Of a stretch of DNA of 64,000 nucleotides, positions 1 to 14,269 are shown piece by piece; the first letter of the stretch is position 1, and every line of letters begins with the position of its first letter. The DNA comes from Glaucostegus cemiculus. Its lineage: Eukaryota. The DNA is taken from assembly GCA_976551045.1 (NCBI GenBank), contig CDPCPM010000011.1:5270001-5334000 (forward strand), in the 5' to 3' direction. Position numbers and translations under genes: made by a program. The notes beneath the pieces are model-generated. The model had not been told where the DNA came from. It saw only the letters and a list, made by a program, of their open reading frames with translations, and did no database searches.

Positions 1-1440
1 AATAGAAATTGTTTTCTCACATTCACCCTATCATTCCTCCCTTTGAACCATGTAATCTTCTAAATTCTAGGACTACAATCCTGGTTTGTGCACTCTCCAT
101 TCTGAACTCATTTGGACTCCAGATACATTTCTAGTAAATTTATATTATACTCTCCCAAAAGCTGATGTATCCTTCCTTAGCTATGGTGCCCAGAACTGAT
201 TGTACTCCTCTGATCTAACCAGGTCCTAGTGCTGCTGCAGCATGGCTTCTAACCATGTGCATCCTAGGCCTCCTTATGTAAAGGCCAGCATTCCTTTGGT
301 TTTTTTTTTAAATTATTTTTTGTACCTGTCTGCAACATTTTAATGATTTACAAATATGAACCACCACTGCTACCCCAGAGTCTTTTTGGAAGTCCACTGT
401 TTCTGTTCTTTCAACTTTTAGGTAGCACTCTATTCTTTTAGATGCAAAGTGGATGATCCTATACATGTACTGAAAGCTACTCATCACATACAATTAAATT
501 ATTAATATCTCTTTATAATTTCATGCATTGACTGCCACATTTACATTGCCACCTAACTTGCCCAACTGGGTTATGTGGCCTTGTGCACCATCACTTCTGT
601 TAAAAAATACAGTGAATTGTTGAGGCTACAGCAAAGACCCCTATGGGTTGTAGTTGCATCCTTCCAAGGCTCACCCCTACCATCCCCACACTGCCTCCTG
701 TCATGAATTTGACTTCTTAAATAGATTAACAAATTGCCTTTAATTCTGGATGTTTAAATAAATCTTTAGGCATTACCCCAGAATAATACTTAATCATCTC
801 TTCATAAATTTCACTCGTGTTCCTCAGACATGATCTGACTTAGACACTAGCTAGTCAACCTGAACCCAACATGTTTGGGTAAGGTCAGCTTTATATCCCG
901 ATAGAACATTTGGATCAGGTCGGGACATGCCAGCATGACTTTGCAATTTATTCAGTCTTGCGTGGTTTGCTTAGCATTACTGCATGTGTCCGTTTTTCTT
1001 GATCAATTGATAGATGTGCAGCAGTAGGAAGTCTGTTTTGATGCTTTTGATCAAAACATGTTGGATTGGATATGAAAATAAAATGAAGTATTCAGCCTTG
1101 GGTTGGGTTTGGATTGGCCAAGGTTGGCACAAGTTTATATTTAAGCAGAGCTCTATTCAGCATCTCTTTCTGAAAAGCTGAACATTTTCAAAAAGTTCAG
1201 TCACTCTATCCTTAATTATGGACTCTATTAATTTCTTGACAACAGATGTTAGGCTAACTGGTTTAATTCCCTGGTTTCCTTTATCAGCTTTGTTAAATAG
1301 TAGAATCACATGAGCAAGTCTTCAGTCTAAAGCATTGATTTTAGAAATGGGATAATTTTGATCACCATATGGGGATCTCCAATCTTTTCACATCCTTTGT
1401 TTAGACATTGATTTAGTTTGGTTCTGGAGATCTGTTTCCC
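1..1440 (-). mobile_element. Old degraded CR1 LINE ORF2 fragment, interrupted at about 841-1156
   Basis: atccttccttagctatggtgcccagaactg...tactcc is the antisense of the CR1 EYCVQFWAP region; further CR1-like antisense blocks follow; many stops and indels. Confidence 0.6.
841..1156. mobile_element. Possible degenerate non-autonomous DNA transposon (hAT-like MITE) inside the CR1
   Basis: Ends TAGA...TCTA; subterminal aacctgaacccaac at left and gggttgggtttgg/ggtcggg further right; no clean TSD. Confidence 0.3.
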
Positions 1441-4279
1441 TTTCATGTCTGGTATATTTAAGTACCTAATGTACACAGGCCTACTATGTACACATCCCAC
1501 CATGTGAGGTACATTAGGAAAAAGATAATGGCAGTCCTGTGATGTTATTGATTAGAAAGAGGACAATATTGCAGTGAAACATTCATTTTGAGAATAGGCT
1601 ATAACTCATTCTCCATGTACTAACGTTCATGACCATCTCTCCAGCAGGCTTTACATAGGAGATTATATATTGTATTTAGTTTTTTGTAATTTTGTGCTTT
1701 CATCTGCACTGCAAGCCGTACCATCTTTCAACAGTGTGATACACAGTGCTGTTCATTACATCCTCTAATGGTATAGTTCCCTTTACCAGTGAAGGCTATA
1801 GGAGTTTAACAAGGTTATTTGTAACCATTCTAAAAATATTTTTCTTCCTGCTCACAAAAAAGTAAAGAACTTGATGGCCATTAATGAATATTGAGCACAA
1901 TGATGTGGTTTTATATCCTATTTAAGGTGATCTTATATTTTGTGCATTTGCAAAATCTCTTGCTTGTGTCTTCACCCTAAAATAAAAATTGCACTTTTAC
2001 CCTTTTACACTAGTCTAGCTTCCATCTCTGTTAATATTCAACTGAATTTTGACAGCCCCTTTTAATGCTTTCATTCTGTTTCCAAGTTGATCGACTTTTC
2101 TGACTTCAATCTGCTTATGGGCTGCCTGAGTGCTGAGCTGTCATGGCATAAATCAGGGATATGGCCTTGTGCCTGACGCAGACATTCATTAGCATTGTTG
2201 GTAAATTCAGTTCTATCAGTATTCATTGATTTTACTGCTGTCACAATTCAGATGCAGTGTTAGGAAACTCCTACACTGGAGTTATTCCCCAAGGGGTAAT
2301 CTGTCTGGCTAACAAACATTTGAAACTGCACATTTTCTTTCTGCTGGTGTATACAGACCAGATTTCAGAATAATCAGTCAATCGTCAGCCAGATTTGCTG
2401 CTACCTATAGCAAATTTGCAATAACAACTTGCAAACTATTTTCTTTTTGAGTCAAGGCATCTTCATTCGTGATATCAAATAGTGAATAAAGAGCAAAAGT
2501 GCATCAGAGGTGATGAAAAGTTAATGAAGTGATAGGGAAGGAGAAGTCAATCAAGCTGGTTTTCAGATTTTGCAAAGGCTGTGATTTATTCATTCCGTTA
2601 ACACTACAGCCTATATTCTGGGAGGGACTGGTGTGGATCCATTCAATACAAACTCCCAATGTAAATGTCACTGACGTTAGTATACTACAAATGACTGTGC
2701 AAGGCTTTTAGCTTTTTCCTTTGGTCTCAGCAGCATGGAATGTCATACCATATTATGCCCTGGACAACCAACAGGAAAAGCCTTAAATCTCTAAGAGAGT
2801 CTTGCCCATGTCCAGAGTGAATCAAACAGGAGACACCCTAATCTATGCCAAAATGTAACTAAATGAATGGTTCTGGATAGAACTCATGGGGATTACTATT
2901 CCCATTGGAAAGAAAAATGGAAGTTATGGCAGCTATCCATCTCCCAGCCTACTTGTAACATTGGGATCCAGTTTCCCATTCACACATTCCAGGCTTCACA
3001 TTCCCTTCAAACTGGGAATTGTAGTGCTTTGAAATTACAATTTGGTGGGATTCTGACTAAGAGGCATTCAGTCATAATCCTGCGGATGGCAGCTTTGCAT
3101 CATTGGCTCCAAGTTTTTACACCAAATGTCCAAACCTGCATCAAATGGAGCCTGAAGGAAAGAGCACGTTGATTTTATTTAGCAATATTAGAGTCACCAC
3201 TTTGAAGAATAAGAAGTTTATCTTCCATCCTCAAACAAATGCCCTAATGCTGTACTATTCCCGATATTTATTTAAACATTCTTTTGCTGAAGAATTCTTT
3301 CTGTTCATTGAAGGAAAGAATGCAATGTGGGAAATGCAGGAACATTTATGTTTTTGATTTTTGGTTTGAGTTGGCTGCTGCTCAGCCTCAGAACATTGCC
3401 CTCTACAGGACCGATGTTAATTTTCACTTCCACACAAGTCAGCTTTATGGTTGATCTGAGTGAAATTGCTGATTGGTGTTAAATTATGAACTGGGTTGAA
3501 ACTGCTTAAACTCATTTTTTATAGAATTCTTACTCTTCAAAAAAAAAGGGAAACTTAGCAGAAGCTTTTAATGTGCTGGCCCACTATATCACCCAATTAT
3601 CTCAGCAATAGACATCTGGTGTGTGCTGCTTTCATCTCGGACAACATAGGGCTTAACATAAAGCTATTAAACTTGTGGATTTTTGTAGGTATAAAAATAT
3701 TCTCGTAACTCTTCCAGAATATATTTAATTCTTTACAGTTTGCACCTTGTCACCCCGCTGGTCCTATTGCCTTGTTTTGGGTAACTTATAGTGTAGCTCC
3801 AAATAGGACATTAAAATCCAATTCAGTACAAATACAATCAATCTGTATTGGCCTAATGTAATGCTTTATGTAAAGTGCATGGTGGCAAAACTGTGAATGC
3901 TTTCAAGGCACTGTGCATGAGAAAGCCAGGAAGACAGCAGACAAGGTATGGGCGGTGAAAGCTCAAGGCCTACATATTTCGAGCAGGGTGATGCTTTTCT
4001 CTGCTGTTTTGACTGCGCTTGCTTCCTTTTATGGAGACCTTTGGGTTATCCCTTGAAAGAATCATGTAAATTAGGCTTTCACGATCTGGTATTTCCAGTT
4101 CTATTTTCAGATTATATATAACCTTTCTGGACAGATATTCATTTGGGCTTTACTCAAGTATTTGTAGAAAATCTTATCGGTTCCCTGCACAATGTGGAGG
4201 CACAGCTTCTTTATGTGAATAGTGGGAGCTGAGCAACTGAAAAGGCTGTGAGTGTCAGGTAACTGGTGTTGTTTAGGGC

Positions 4280-4350
4280 CAAAAATCAAGGACCTCCACA
4301 AATGCTGCCTGACTTGCTGAGTTCCTCCAGCATTTTTTGTGTGTTGGTCC
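4280..4350 (+). mobile_element. Penelope-type terminal repeat fragment
   Basis: atgctgcctgacttgctgagttcctccagcattttttgtgtgttg, a motif that recurs across the window. Confidence 0.55.
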
Positions 4351-7300
4351 ATAACCTTTCTACCTTCCTGTATTGGGACCCAAAGTAATTGATAGTTGGA
4401 TAGCCTATATTCCCACAATGCATTTCTACTTCTGACTGTGGAATTTGTACTTTGTCAAATCATGGCACTTAGCTATACAAATGGATAGTGAGTTTGCCTC
4501 TATTTTGCATCCAGCATTATTTGTCTAAATTTTGTACATAGAACTTTTTAAAGCTTTCCAGCATAGCACTGTATATAAATATAACATGAAATATTGAGTG
4601 CATAAACTATTGTGCACTTAATAGAGTAACAAAGATAAATTTAAGATAAACATATATGGTTATTAATTGTAGAAAACATGAGAAACAAATGAGAATCAAA
4701 GCTTGAAACTAGTGGGTTTCCTGAGGTTTACATAATTTAGTGGAGATGTTTGTGCAAAGCAGTATGTCAATAGTATCTGATTCCTGGTTAATAAACTGGC
4801 AGACATAAGTTATTTAAATAGTTATTAGTGAAAGATAGCAACATGGTATAATCAGTCAATTTACAGCAAGTCCTGTTGCTACATGAAATATGGGCCTCCT
4901 CAACAGTTTCGACAGACATTTTTTGTAAATGTAAATTAAGTAACAGCAGCTACAAGGAGAATAACATCACCTATAGCTGCAACAGAAAACCCATCAACCA
5001 TCCACAGTCTCATTTAAATCAATCACACCGTTCATTTCTGTTAAAGTCCAAAGCAAGTCATAATGTATTTCACTTCATGCTGAATTCAAATGAGTCTTAA
5101 AAAAAAAACACAGCAAGAATTATTGAAAGGAGGGTTGTGTGCAAGTTGCAGACATCTCCTGTAGCCCTGAGCTGCATCCCTGTGCAGATCAAACCCATGT
5201 TATTCCTTCCTGTTCCTCTGATGTTCCTGGTGCTGAATATATTAAAAGATAATGGAAACAACTCAGCTTGAATAAATCCATACATTCTAACTTTTTACCT
5301 ACTAGATTCCAATTGGCTTCAGCTGGTAACTTGATGACAGGACAATTAACACCAACCTTTCTCCACATGGGAAATCACTGGTGTAGAACAGTCCATTACG
5401 AGGAGTACACTGGGCACTTGCTGGAGGGGAAATTACTCTAGGCTAGTCTCCCACCTTCTAATAGCTGGCTTAAGATTGGCACTGCAGAGATATGGAAGCA
5501 AGTGACTTGCCATCCTCTCGGCTACTGATAATTTACTGTCTGGGGAGATGTAATGAGAGATATATAAATAGCAGCAAAAGCATTTGTTAATACACCAATA
5601 AATAGGTGTCAAAATGCTTTATTTTGGTCATTTGTAATACATCAAATATTTAACTGGGGCCCTTAATCTCTTATTTATTATTATTAACCACTTTGAGCTT
5701 CTTATTCATTTAAATTGGCCTTTTGGAAGATTTCTTTACTGAAGAGGATTTTCACATTCTTCACAGTTGCTATTAGTAGAAGGCTGAAAATTCAAAAACT
5801 TGTTTTGTTCTATATGTTGGATAGAGCCATAATCTAGGTCACGTGAATAAAATATTCCATTGTATTTTTCCAAACAGCAGATGGCTCTCCCAGGTTCTCG
5901 GCCAGCACTCATCCCTCAAATGAACACCACTGGAGTGCATCAATTATCCCACTGTTGTTTGTGGAATAATGCTTATTGGACTACTACACCTGCTTATAAA
6001 ACAAACGTGGCTGAACTTTGACTGTCTTTGAAGGTACCCTGAAAAATTGGAAAGCTCAACCCCAATGCAATTTCCAAATTGAAACAAAAGAAAAACAGGC
6101 AAATGTCCACTCCCACCTCAAGAAAAAGAACACGGGGGCAAATTTCCCTGGATTTTGCAGCGCATTGTACTGGGGAAGTGACTATGTTGAAATTACTCAC
6201 CATCCTTCAACAGTGTAATGGCAGTAATGTTGAGCTTATGCACACATTTCATAATTAATGAATAACAGAAAATTGGAGGTATTTTGTACTTAGAATCTTG
6301 AGAGTGGATAAAGCAATGCAGAGATATTTAGGCAAGTTGGATCCTACAAAGGAACTGGAAAAGCCATTCAAACTTAAGTTTGTTTGGCTTTTCAATATAC
6401 TTGTTTTTGGCCTTTTTCCCTATTAACTTTGGTTGCTAAAAATACATCAGTCACAGTTGACCCAACATCAATACTGGTTTGCTGAAGAGATTTCAAAACT
6501 CCAACCATGGATGTATAGAGCTGTTTGCTAACTTCATTTCTGAAAGGCCTATATCTAACTTCAGACAATTGCTCTCTGGGCCTAGGCTTCTGAAACAGTA
6601 AAACCACCTTGGCGATGAACCACCATGTCCTATTTGATGAGCGGCCAGCACCAAGATGAACACACCAATACCGAAGCCAACCTGAACCTCCTCATTAAAG
6701 CCTCCTTGTGGCTATAGCTGGTGGTGATGGAAGTCATTAGGAGGGGCGCTTGCTGGAATGCATACCAGACAAGGGCAAGAGTGGCCAGTCAGATTATCTG
6801 ACACACCACTGGAGGGATTGCAGGATAGTGTGGCAAGGTAGAGAGGATGACAGAGGACCTGCATTCACAGACAGTCAGGAAAAGCACACAATTCTAGTCA
6901 ATCAACCATGGCAGGAATGATACTTAATCACTGTGAACAGAACGCACTTTTAGTTGTCCATTGCCACTTACCTCTATAAGTCATTTTTGGCTGAATTTGT
7001 TTTGAAAGTGTTCCATCTGCTTAGTAGCAGATTGTTATATTAAGTAATTATAATTATATTATATTAATATAACTATAATTAATTAATTGTTAGATTAAAA
7101 TATATTTTTTATATTTCTAAATCTTCCACCAATTTTCAGTCATTTTACCCGTTAACAGATTTCTCATTTTTCTGGGACAGTTTCTACCTCACCACATTGA
7201 AGTCAGCCTTCCTTAAATCTGGAACCTTAGTCAGAAATGTGAAACTGCTTCTATCAAACACTATGCCAAATTGAATTATACAATGATGGTTATTTAATAA

Positions 7301-8174
7301 ATATTCATGCACCATTAGACTAAATCTAAATCTAATATGGCTGTAGCTTGTTGATTCCAGTGCATACAAGTGCAGTTACGTACCTTGAAAACATTCAAGG
7401 AATTCACCTATCTGACATGAACTAGTCTGCATATTCCAGTCTAGATGAATGTTTAAAAACCCCATTCAATCCTCTTGGTGTTTCTGGAAGACTGCAAATG
7501 AGTTTTGGCTGCTCTTACCACTTTTAAACTGCTCAAAATAAAATCATCCTGAAAATTTTGAAGCAAACTTTTGAAAATATTCTTAGCCCAAGTTTTCCCT
7601 GGAATATAAATGGTCTCTGCTGATTTTAAAATTCTGTCTTTTGATCATGTTTTTCTGTTTCTCTGGCAGGAGATGATAGCAACAAAAAGACAAAAGGCAC
7701 AAGACTCGGCATTTTAATGATCTGAGTGCGGGCAGTGTATCTCAATAGGCTGTGGAGAGGCAGAGGACAGTGCTATGCCCTATATTAGCTTAAGAAATCT
7801 CATAAACAACCAGATGTACACCACAGGATCAGATAGCAGAATTTAACTTTAACTGCACTGCCCAACAAGCATGAATGCAGTGCTGGAAGAAACTCAGTTC
7901 GCCCCTTATGACAAAATCACTAAGATATCGACTGACTTTGATTTTCACCAAGCCAAATGTGATTCCTGAATGCAATCAGCCTTTCTCCCCCATGATTTCT
8001 TTAGCAGATTCCTCCTGCCAACAATCTTCTAACCTTTAAGTTCTATTTATTCTCAAATACTGAGCATATACAATGTTGCACACTCCCTTGCTACTTTGGC
8101 TCCTTAATCTTAGGAAGTCCTTTAATGTTTTATCAGGGCCCCTATCTGACTTGAGTTTCTTTATTATTACTGTG

Positions 8175-8746
8175 CACATTTAGCACCACAGTCTCAAAGC
8201 ACTAGTGACCTTGATTTGATCCTGACACCCAGTGCTGTCTGTGTGGAGGTGGAGTGTACATTGTCTTCCTGTAACTGTGTGTGTTCCCCCCCCAACCCTC
8301 CTCCAGGTGCTTTGGTTTCCTCCCACATCCCAAAGTCTTGCTGGTTGGTAGATTGACTCGCTGCTGTAAATTACTCCGGATGTACGTGGGTGCCAGGGGA
8401 ATTGGGTATGTGGCAATAGTGGGAGAGTGCAGCGCCAGCAACCCAAGTTCAGTTCTGCCGCTGTCTGTAAGGAGTTTGTACGTTCTCCCAGGGTCTGTGT
8501 GGGTTTCCTCTGGGTGCTCTGGTTTCCTCCTACATTCCAAAGACGTACAGGTTAGGAGCTGTGGGCATGCTATGTTGATGCCGGAAGAGTGGCAACACTT
8601 GCGGACTGCCCCCAGTACATTCTCAGTAATGCAAAAAGGCGCATTTCACTGTGTATTTTGATGTACATGTGACTAATAAATAAAATATATTATCTTATTG
8701 CTCTGATAGCTGGCTTAGACTCAATGGGCAGAATGGCCTCCTTCAT
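8175..8746 (+). mobile_element. Older V-domain tRNA-SINE with CR1-type tail (HE1-like), host of a nested younger SINE
   Basis: V-domain ggtttcctcccacatcccaaag at about 8314-8335; CR1-like tail gactcaatgggcagaatggcctcc after 8700. Confidence 0.65.
8430..8698 (+). mobile_element. Young V-domain SINE, 5'-truncated, nested in the older SINE
   Basis: Closely similar to 27483-27780 and 37176-37474; tail gtgactaataaa...atcttat. Confidence 0.85.
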
Positions 8747-9782
8747 AGGAAAAAAATGAAAACAAAATATGGAAAATTATAGCTCTGAATTTATGACCTC
8801 TAACCACAATTCACTTTGTACCATAGAAAACAGCCTGCAGCATGAAGTCATGCTTGACCATGAGATGAGAGAAGCCCCCATAATATACCCCACCCTTGAT
8901 GAAGATCAGCCATCCCTACCTATAAGAAACAAGCTTATCTCATTGTGGAACACTTCAGCAACATGGTTTAAACACTATAGTGTGTTGTTACAAAGTAGAA
9001 TTGAATTAGGAAATTTAAATAAAAGTTTGGATTTTAACATTTCTAAAGGAAACTCGTGGCAAGGTTAAAACAATGGATTAATTTGCGGTTGAAACTCTTG
9101 ATGTTATCTGGCAACTTTCCTTGCTCTCAACCAAAGAAGTCAATATTTATTAAGGGGTTATAAATGCCATTACTCCTGGGAAGCTTGGAGATGAAAACAA
9201 AGTTTCAATGCAAGCCTGCGTCTTCGTGAAACTTGAGAACAATTAGTTTTAATAAAAGTTGCCATATGACACCTAAAAGGGCAATGTATACATTGAGGAA
9301 AAATTCATCATTCTAAAGTATTGAGTGAAGAAATGGGATAGCTTGAGAACGCACTATTAACTTAATAATGGAAAACAAGACCACTGAGTGTTTCCCAGCA
9401 CTGTATCCATCCTTTCTGAGCAGCACAACTAAAGTTTAGTTCCTCTTATATCTGATATGTAATAGATAAGAATTAAATAGTGAGACAGTGATGAAGAAGT
9501 GAATCTCAAAATATATCTGTATTTGAAAATGCCATCAATGGTCCAACAGTTGTGAAATCATTTAGTAATTTGACCTGGATCAGCACATAGTTAGAGTGTT
9601 TATACTTAAGTGTTCCAAACCACAGCATTTCTCTTCTGTGAGGAAGATTCTCTGTGTAGCCTTCATACTAACGTCACAACATTTACACTTAACAGATTTT
9701 ACTGCATATAATTCATTTTATTTGAGCACTTTTAATCTATTTATCTTAACAGATGTTAATTTGCAAAAAAAAATTAAAACAG

Positions 9783-10066
9783 AGTGGTAGAGGTGGAAGA
9801 GCTGCTGCCTCACAGTACTAGAGACCTGGGTTCAATTCTGTGTGGGGTTTGCACATCCTCCCTATGGCTGGATTTGATTCCCAGGGTATAGGTTGGCTGG
9901 ATATTTGGCCCCAGTGTGTAGGTGAGTGGTAGAATCTGGGAGCAATTTATAAGAATGTGGGAGACTAAACTTGGTTTAATGTAGGATTAGTGTAAATGGG
10001 TGGTTGATGGTCAGTGCAGACTTTGTGGCCTGTTTCTGCACTGTATCTCTCTACGACTCACTCTAT
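9783..10066 (+). mobile_element. tRNA-derived V-SINE with CR1-type 3' tail (HE1-like)
   Basis: Box B-like gggttcaattc, partial V domain gtggggtttgcacatcctccc, tail ggcctgtttctgcactgtatctctct. Confidence 0.7.
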
Positions 10067-11299
10067 GGGAATATGGTGACCAATGAATGCCTACTGAAGT
10101 AACAGTTAATCAAACTTTTATTTAAAAGAGCTAAGCTTCTCCAGAATGATTCCGGTCCACAACTATATTTTATCCGACTATGTAAATGGTGGAACAATCT
10201 GGAGATGCTTTGGAAAGAACAATAGTTCATTTCCTTTTCACGCAGGTTTAAGGTCTATGCCCTATTTACACAATGGGTAATGTTCCAGAAGGTTTCAAGG
10301 GGAAAGGCTTTGTGACTAGTGCAGCATGCCCCAGAGCTTCAGCTTTGACTTCAACATATGCCGGGGGTGGAGAGGTGAGCGGAAAGAAAATACGTGACTA
10401 ATCAAAAATCCTCCCAGAGGTATACATTTCTCTATTACAGGGCAGAAGATTGTTGGCAAAATACCTTCTGAGCAGAATAAATTTTCCTTACAGCCAGCTT
10501 TACTTTTTAGCACATTGGGCATTTGTGAATTACTGATATTTCACTCTTTGCTGAGTTGCACTATTTGGCTCTGAAAATCTCTACTGGACAAAAAAAATCA
10601 TAGATTAATTTACATTTAAAACTCAAAAGATATTACTCCCTGGTGATTTGCTGCTAAATGATCTCACACGAAACACAGCAGTTCAAATTTATACTTGTTA
10701 ATGATATATTTTAGTGCTGAGAATCCTACCAATAACACCAACACTGCATCCCTTGATCTAATTTGTAATAATATACTGAGCACACTAATTTTGTCGGATT
10801 CAATGGGTTATGGAACAAATGACAATAACCTTATTTTTTTGTCCTGGGAAGAAAACAGTGATCAAATGTTCGTTGCTAGGCTTGATAATTAGGTAATGTA
10901 CCAGATTTTCAGAAGTAAGTTTAAGCCTCGATTGGAACCAAAATGTTCCTAGTGTTGAAGTTACATAACACATTTAACTGAGCTTGTAGCTGCCATGAAG
11001 CAGAATTGTGACCAGTAGATTTGTCTCTTATTTTATAATGAGTATCTAAAAATATCCTGACTGATAACATTTGAAGAACAGGTAACACAAAGTGAAATAA
11101 CAAGTTTGCAGATTTTGGTGAATATGTGTGCAAGTAATGTGAAACTTAGAGCAAGTGCTCCAGAAAAACAGCAATTATAGTTATAGTGGTCAATCCAGTT
11201 GTTGTTTATCTCTTTGTTATCATTCCCAACAATTAATATAATAACAGGTAATATATTGGATATACTTTTTGGATAAAGGACAGTGACTTTAAATAGCCT

Positions 11300-11410
11300 C
11301 AGCATAGTCTAAATGTTGACTAGTTCATTCTCTGCACAGTCTGATCTGTTGAGTCTTTTCAGCATCTACAGTTCTTCATTCAGATTTCCAGTGCCTGCAG
11401 CACTTTCCTT
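11300..11410 (+). mobile_element. Penelope-type terminal repeat fragment
   Basis: ctgatctgttgagtcttttcagcatc...cagatttccagtgcctgcag. Confidence 0.45.
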
Positions 11411-11754
11411 ATTGTTAAAGAATATTTTGGTCTTCTGACTTCAAAAAGAACATAAAAAGAGCTTAGAACAGTGTGACCGGGATGACTTATGGCTTTACTT
11501 TAAGAAGTTGAAGGCTTTCTTTTATTTTCAGGGATCAGTTTAGTTCTCCTTCCCACTCCCATTCTGAATTCCCTGCCTTTGGTTCTGTCACTGTTCCGAT
11601 AAAGCAGAACACAAGTTTGAGGAACACAGCTCATCTTCCAACTTGGCACATTATTGCTCTCAGGATACAACACTGAATTCAGCAATTTCAGATAATCATC
11701 CTTTTCAGTTCACATCATGAATAGCCTGTAATAGCAACCTTTGTTTTTTAACTC

Positions 11755-12135
11755 CACAAATGCTGTCCAGCATTCTTTTCGTTTTAACTTCAGATTTCCA
11801 ACATCTGCAGAGTTTTTGTTGCACCATTTCAACATTTTATTTCCTCTTGCTTTCTCAATGTTAATTCGTATTTCCATTCATAATTCTCCAGACAAATCAG
11901 CTGTGATTAATAAAAGCTTCACCAACATCTCTCAGCCAGCACCACCATTGTTTACGTCATTAGGTTCCACCCTATCACAAATGCTCCCCTCCCCCTTCTC
12001 TGCATTAAAACACATTTGATTTGTAACCTTTGTTTTTACTCAGTTCTGAATGAAAGATCATCAACTTGAAGTGCCAAATCTATTTCCCTCTGCCTGGCCT
12101 GCTGAATATTTCTGGGAATATTTGCTTTTAATCCA
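11755..12135 (+). mobile_element. Penelope-type fragments with decayed hammerhead-like core
   Basis: cagatttccaacatctgcag at about 11791; cagttctgaatgaaag...ctgcctggcctgctgaatattt at about 12041-12110. Confidence 0.45.
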
Positions 12136-14213
12136 ACAAAGCCTGAAATTAAAATTAAATTATAGAGATTGGCTCAAATGCTTAATGTTTATTCTAAAAA
12201 TAGAAGATTGGGGCTGTGATTTTATAGTCCTATTCTCTAATATTACCTAAACTAAAACTGAAGTATGAACTGTACATACCTTGACTAAAGTTAGAGATTA
12301 AAAAAAATCTTATTCCCAGAAGAGAATAGATACTTAGAAGATAATTATTATTAAACAATATTTTTAAAGAGAGCTGGATTATAATTTGGCAAGAAGTGCT
12401 ATTAAATATCACAGTGAGGGTAATGAAAGTAGAAGAAACATTGGGAAATATTTTCAGTGTATACAAGACCACAGAGCCTGTATATGCTACTGGAAAACCC
12501 AGTCCAGTTTTCAAAAATTGCAATCCAATGGCTCACTAAAAATGCTTTAAATTCACTGGAACAATAATGAATCATTTATAATTCTCAGACAAGGTCAGAC
12601 ATATGGTAGCTTCCACTAAAGGGAACAATTGCATTTTTCACTATTATATTATCAAGTGCACCCTCTAACTTTGGACATTTAAGTGCTAAATTAGAGATTC
12701 ATTTTTAATTTTAATCTAGTGGGCTTAATTTGCTTTTGGGGATTTTAAACATAGCAAATATATTGATTACTACAAAAATAACTATTATTGGATATTAAAA
12801 TTCTTTTTGTTGGAGAGAGTGGAGAGGAATGGAGGCACATCTACCTGGGAAAGTGTAGAGAAGTTTGTCTTCATTTTACCGGATAAAACAGGGATATCAC
12901 CTGTTGGTATCCTTTACCTCAGGAACTATGGCAGCACATTGGGTCTCCATATTCAAACTTGAAGTATTTGAAGTGATATAACATTTTTTCCTGTTGTAGG
13001 ATTCCTCTGTCTTTCCTGTTAAACCTCTTGTATCAGAACTGAATGAATATAAATTTCTGTTCTCAGCATCTGTTATTAACATTATTCAATTCTTAGACAT
13101 TCAGTAGTCACGCTATTTTTCAAATTAATTTCCCTTTGCTGTGTACAATCCTTCTTCTATTTATATGTTGTTCTGTGCAAAGTTGCCTAAGAAGACTTTC
13201 AACTTAAAAAAAAATCAGCCATCATTTGATAGAATTCTTTTCCCAAGTTATAGGTATAGTTTTCCAATAGCTACACTTTTAGCTTAAGTAGAAGAATCAG
13301 TATTATCAAGTAATTCATTCCTGGTCATTGTATGAAATGTGCTATACAGTAGCATCAGCAGGTTGTACTGACTGCAAAATATATTCCAATGACTTCACTA
13401 CACAACCATCACTGCACAGCATATTAGTGTGACTTCTGGCCACATATTCCTTTAGGAATACTGTCTAGGAAAAGCTTTCGTGAGAATCTATTTCTCAATT
13501 ATTTATAAAGACAATGGAAATTACCAGAAAAAGCATGGTCACATGATACATCACGTTGTCAAAAGAAGTGAACTTCTGATTCTTGCCACCTCATTCCTTC
13601 CATAGACAATTTAAACATGATTTTGCACATTAAAAAAATCTTATTTGCTTAATATATAGTCTGAGAGATTGTTCTGGACTGGTCAATGTTTACAGTTCAA
13701 ATGATTGTTTATTGATGGTATTGAACTTCTCTCAAGTTTTCAGCAAGGCCCATATGGTTTGATGAGGAAGTTGGAGGTGAGATTATCAAGGTCCCTGTTG
13801 CAGGAGGCATGTAATGTGTTAGAAATGTAAAAATCCACTGTGATGATTAAAACTGAAATTGTATGGATAAGTTACGAGATTATAATACCCTGTGTGAGGA
13901 TGCTAGACCTAAAAAAACCCAATAACAACTTCTATTTAAGTATCTCATTTAATGTAGCAAAATGTTGTCATCCCTAATTTCCACTCTGCATTGCCACTTA
14001 CATTCAGGTTTCCCCAGGGGATGTGTGCCAATTTGAGAAAGAACTGTCTTCTCACATCCAGGTGGGCCAAATGAGGAGTAGCTTTGATGCAATCAATGAA
14101 GATCTGGGTTAGAAGAATTATCATGATTCAGAACTGATGTGGTTGTGTCACCCGGGACAGAAAATGTATGTGGGAGGGGGAAGAAGAGGACACCAATTTA
14201 TGTTTTATTTTTT

Positions 14214-14269
14214 CAAAATACTTCTACAAATAGCTATTTCTACAAAATACTTCTACAAATATCTATTTC
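14214..14269. repeat. 29-bp tandem duplication (about 2 copies)
   Basis: caaaatacttctacaaatagctatttcta followed by caaaatacttctacaaatatctatttc. Confidence 0.8.

Noticed and set aside
8180-8661. Overlapping ORFs with a VWVSSGCSGFL motif (also at 27542 and 37121)
   Set aside because: Translations of the SINE V-domain
11500-13082. Candidate exons near 11531 and 12900
   Set aside because: Splice-like sites are present but translations are unrecognisable or closed by stops
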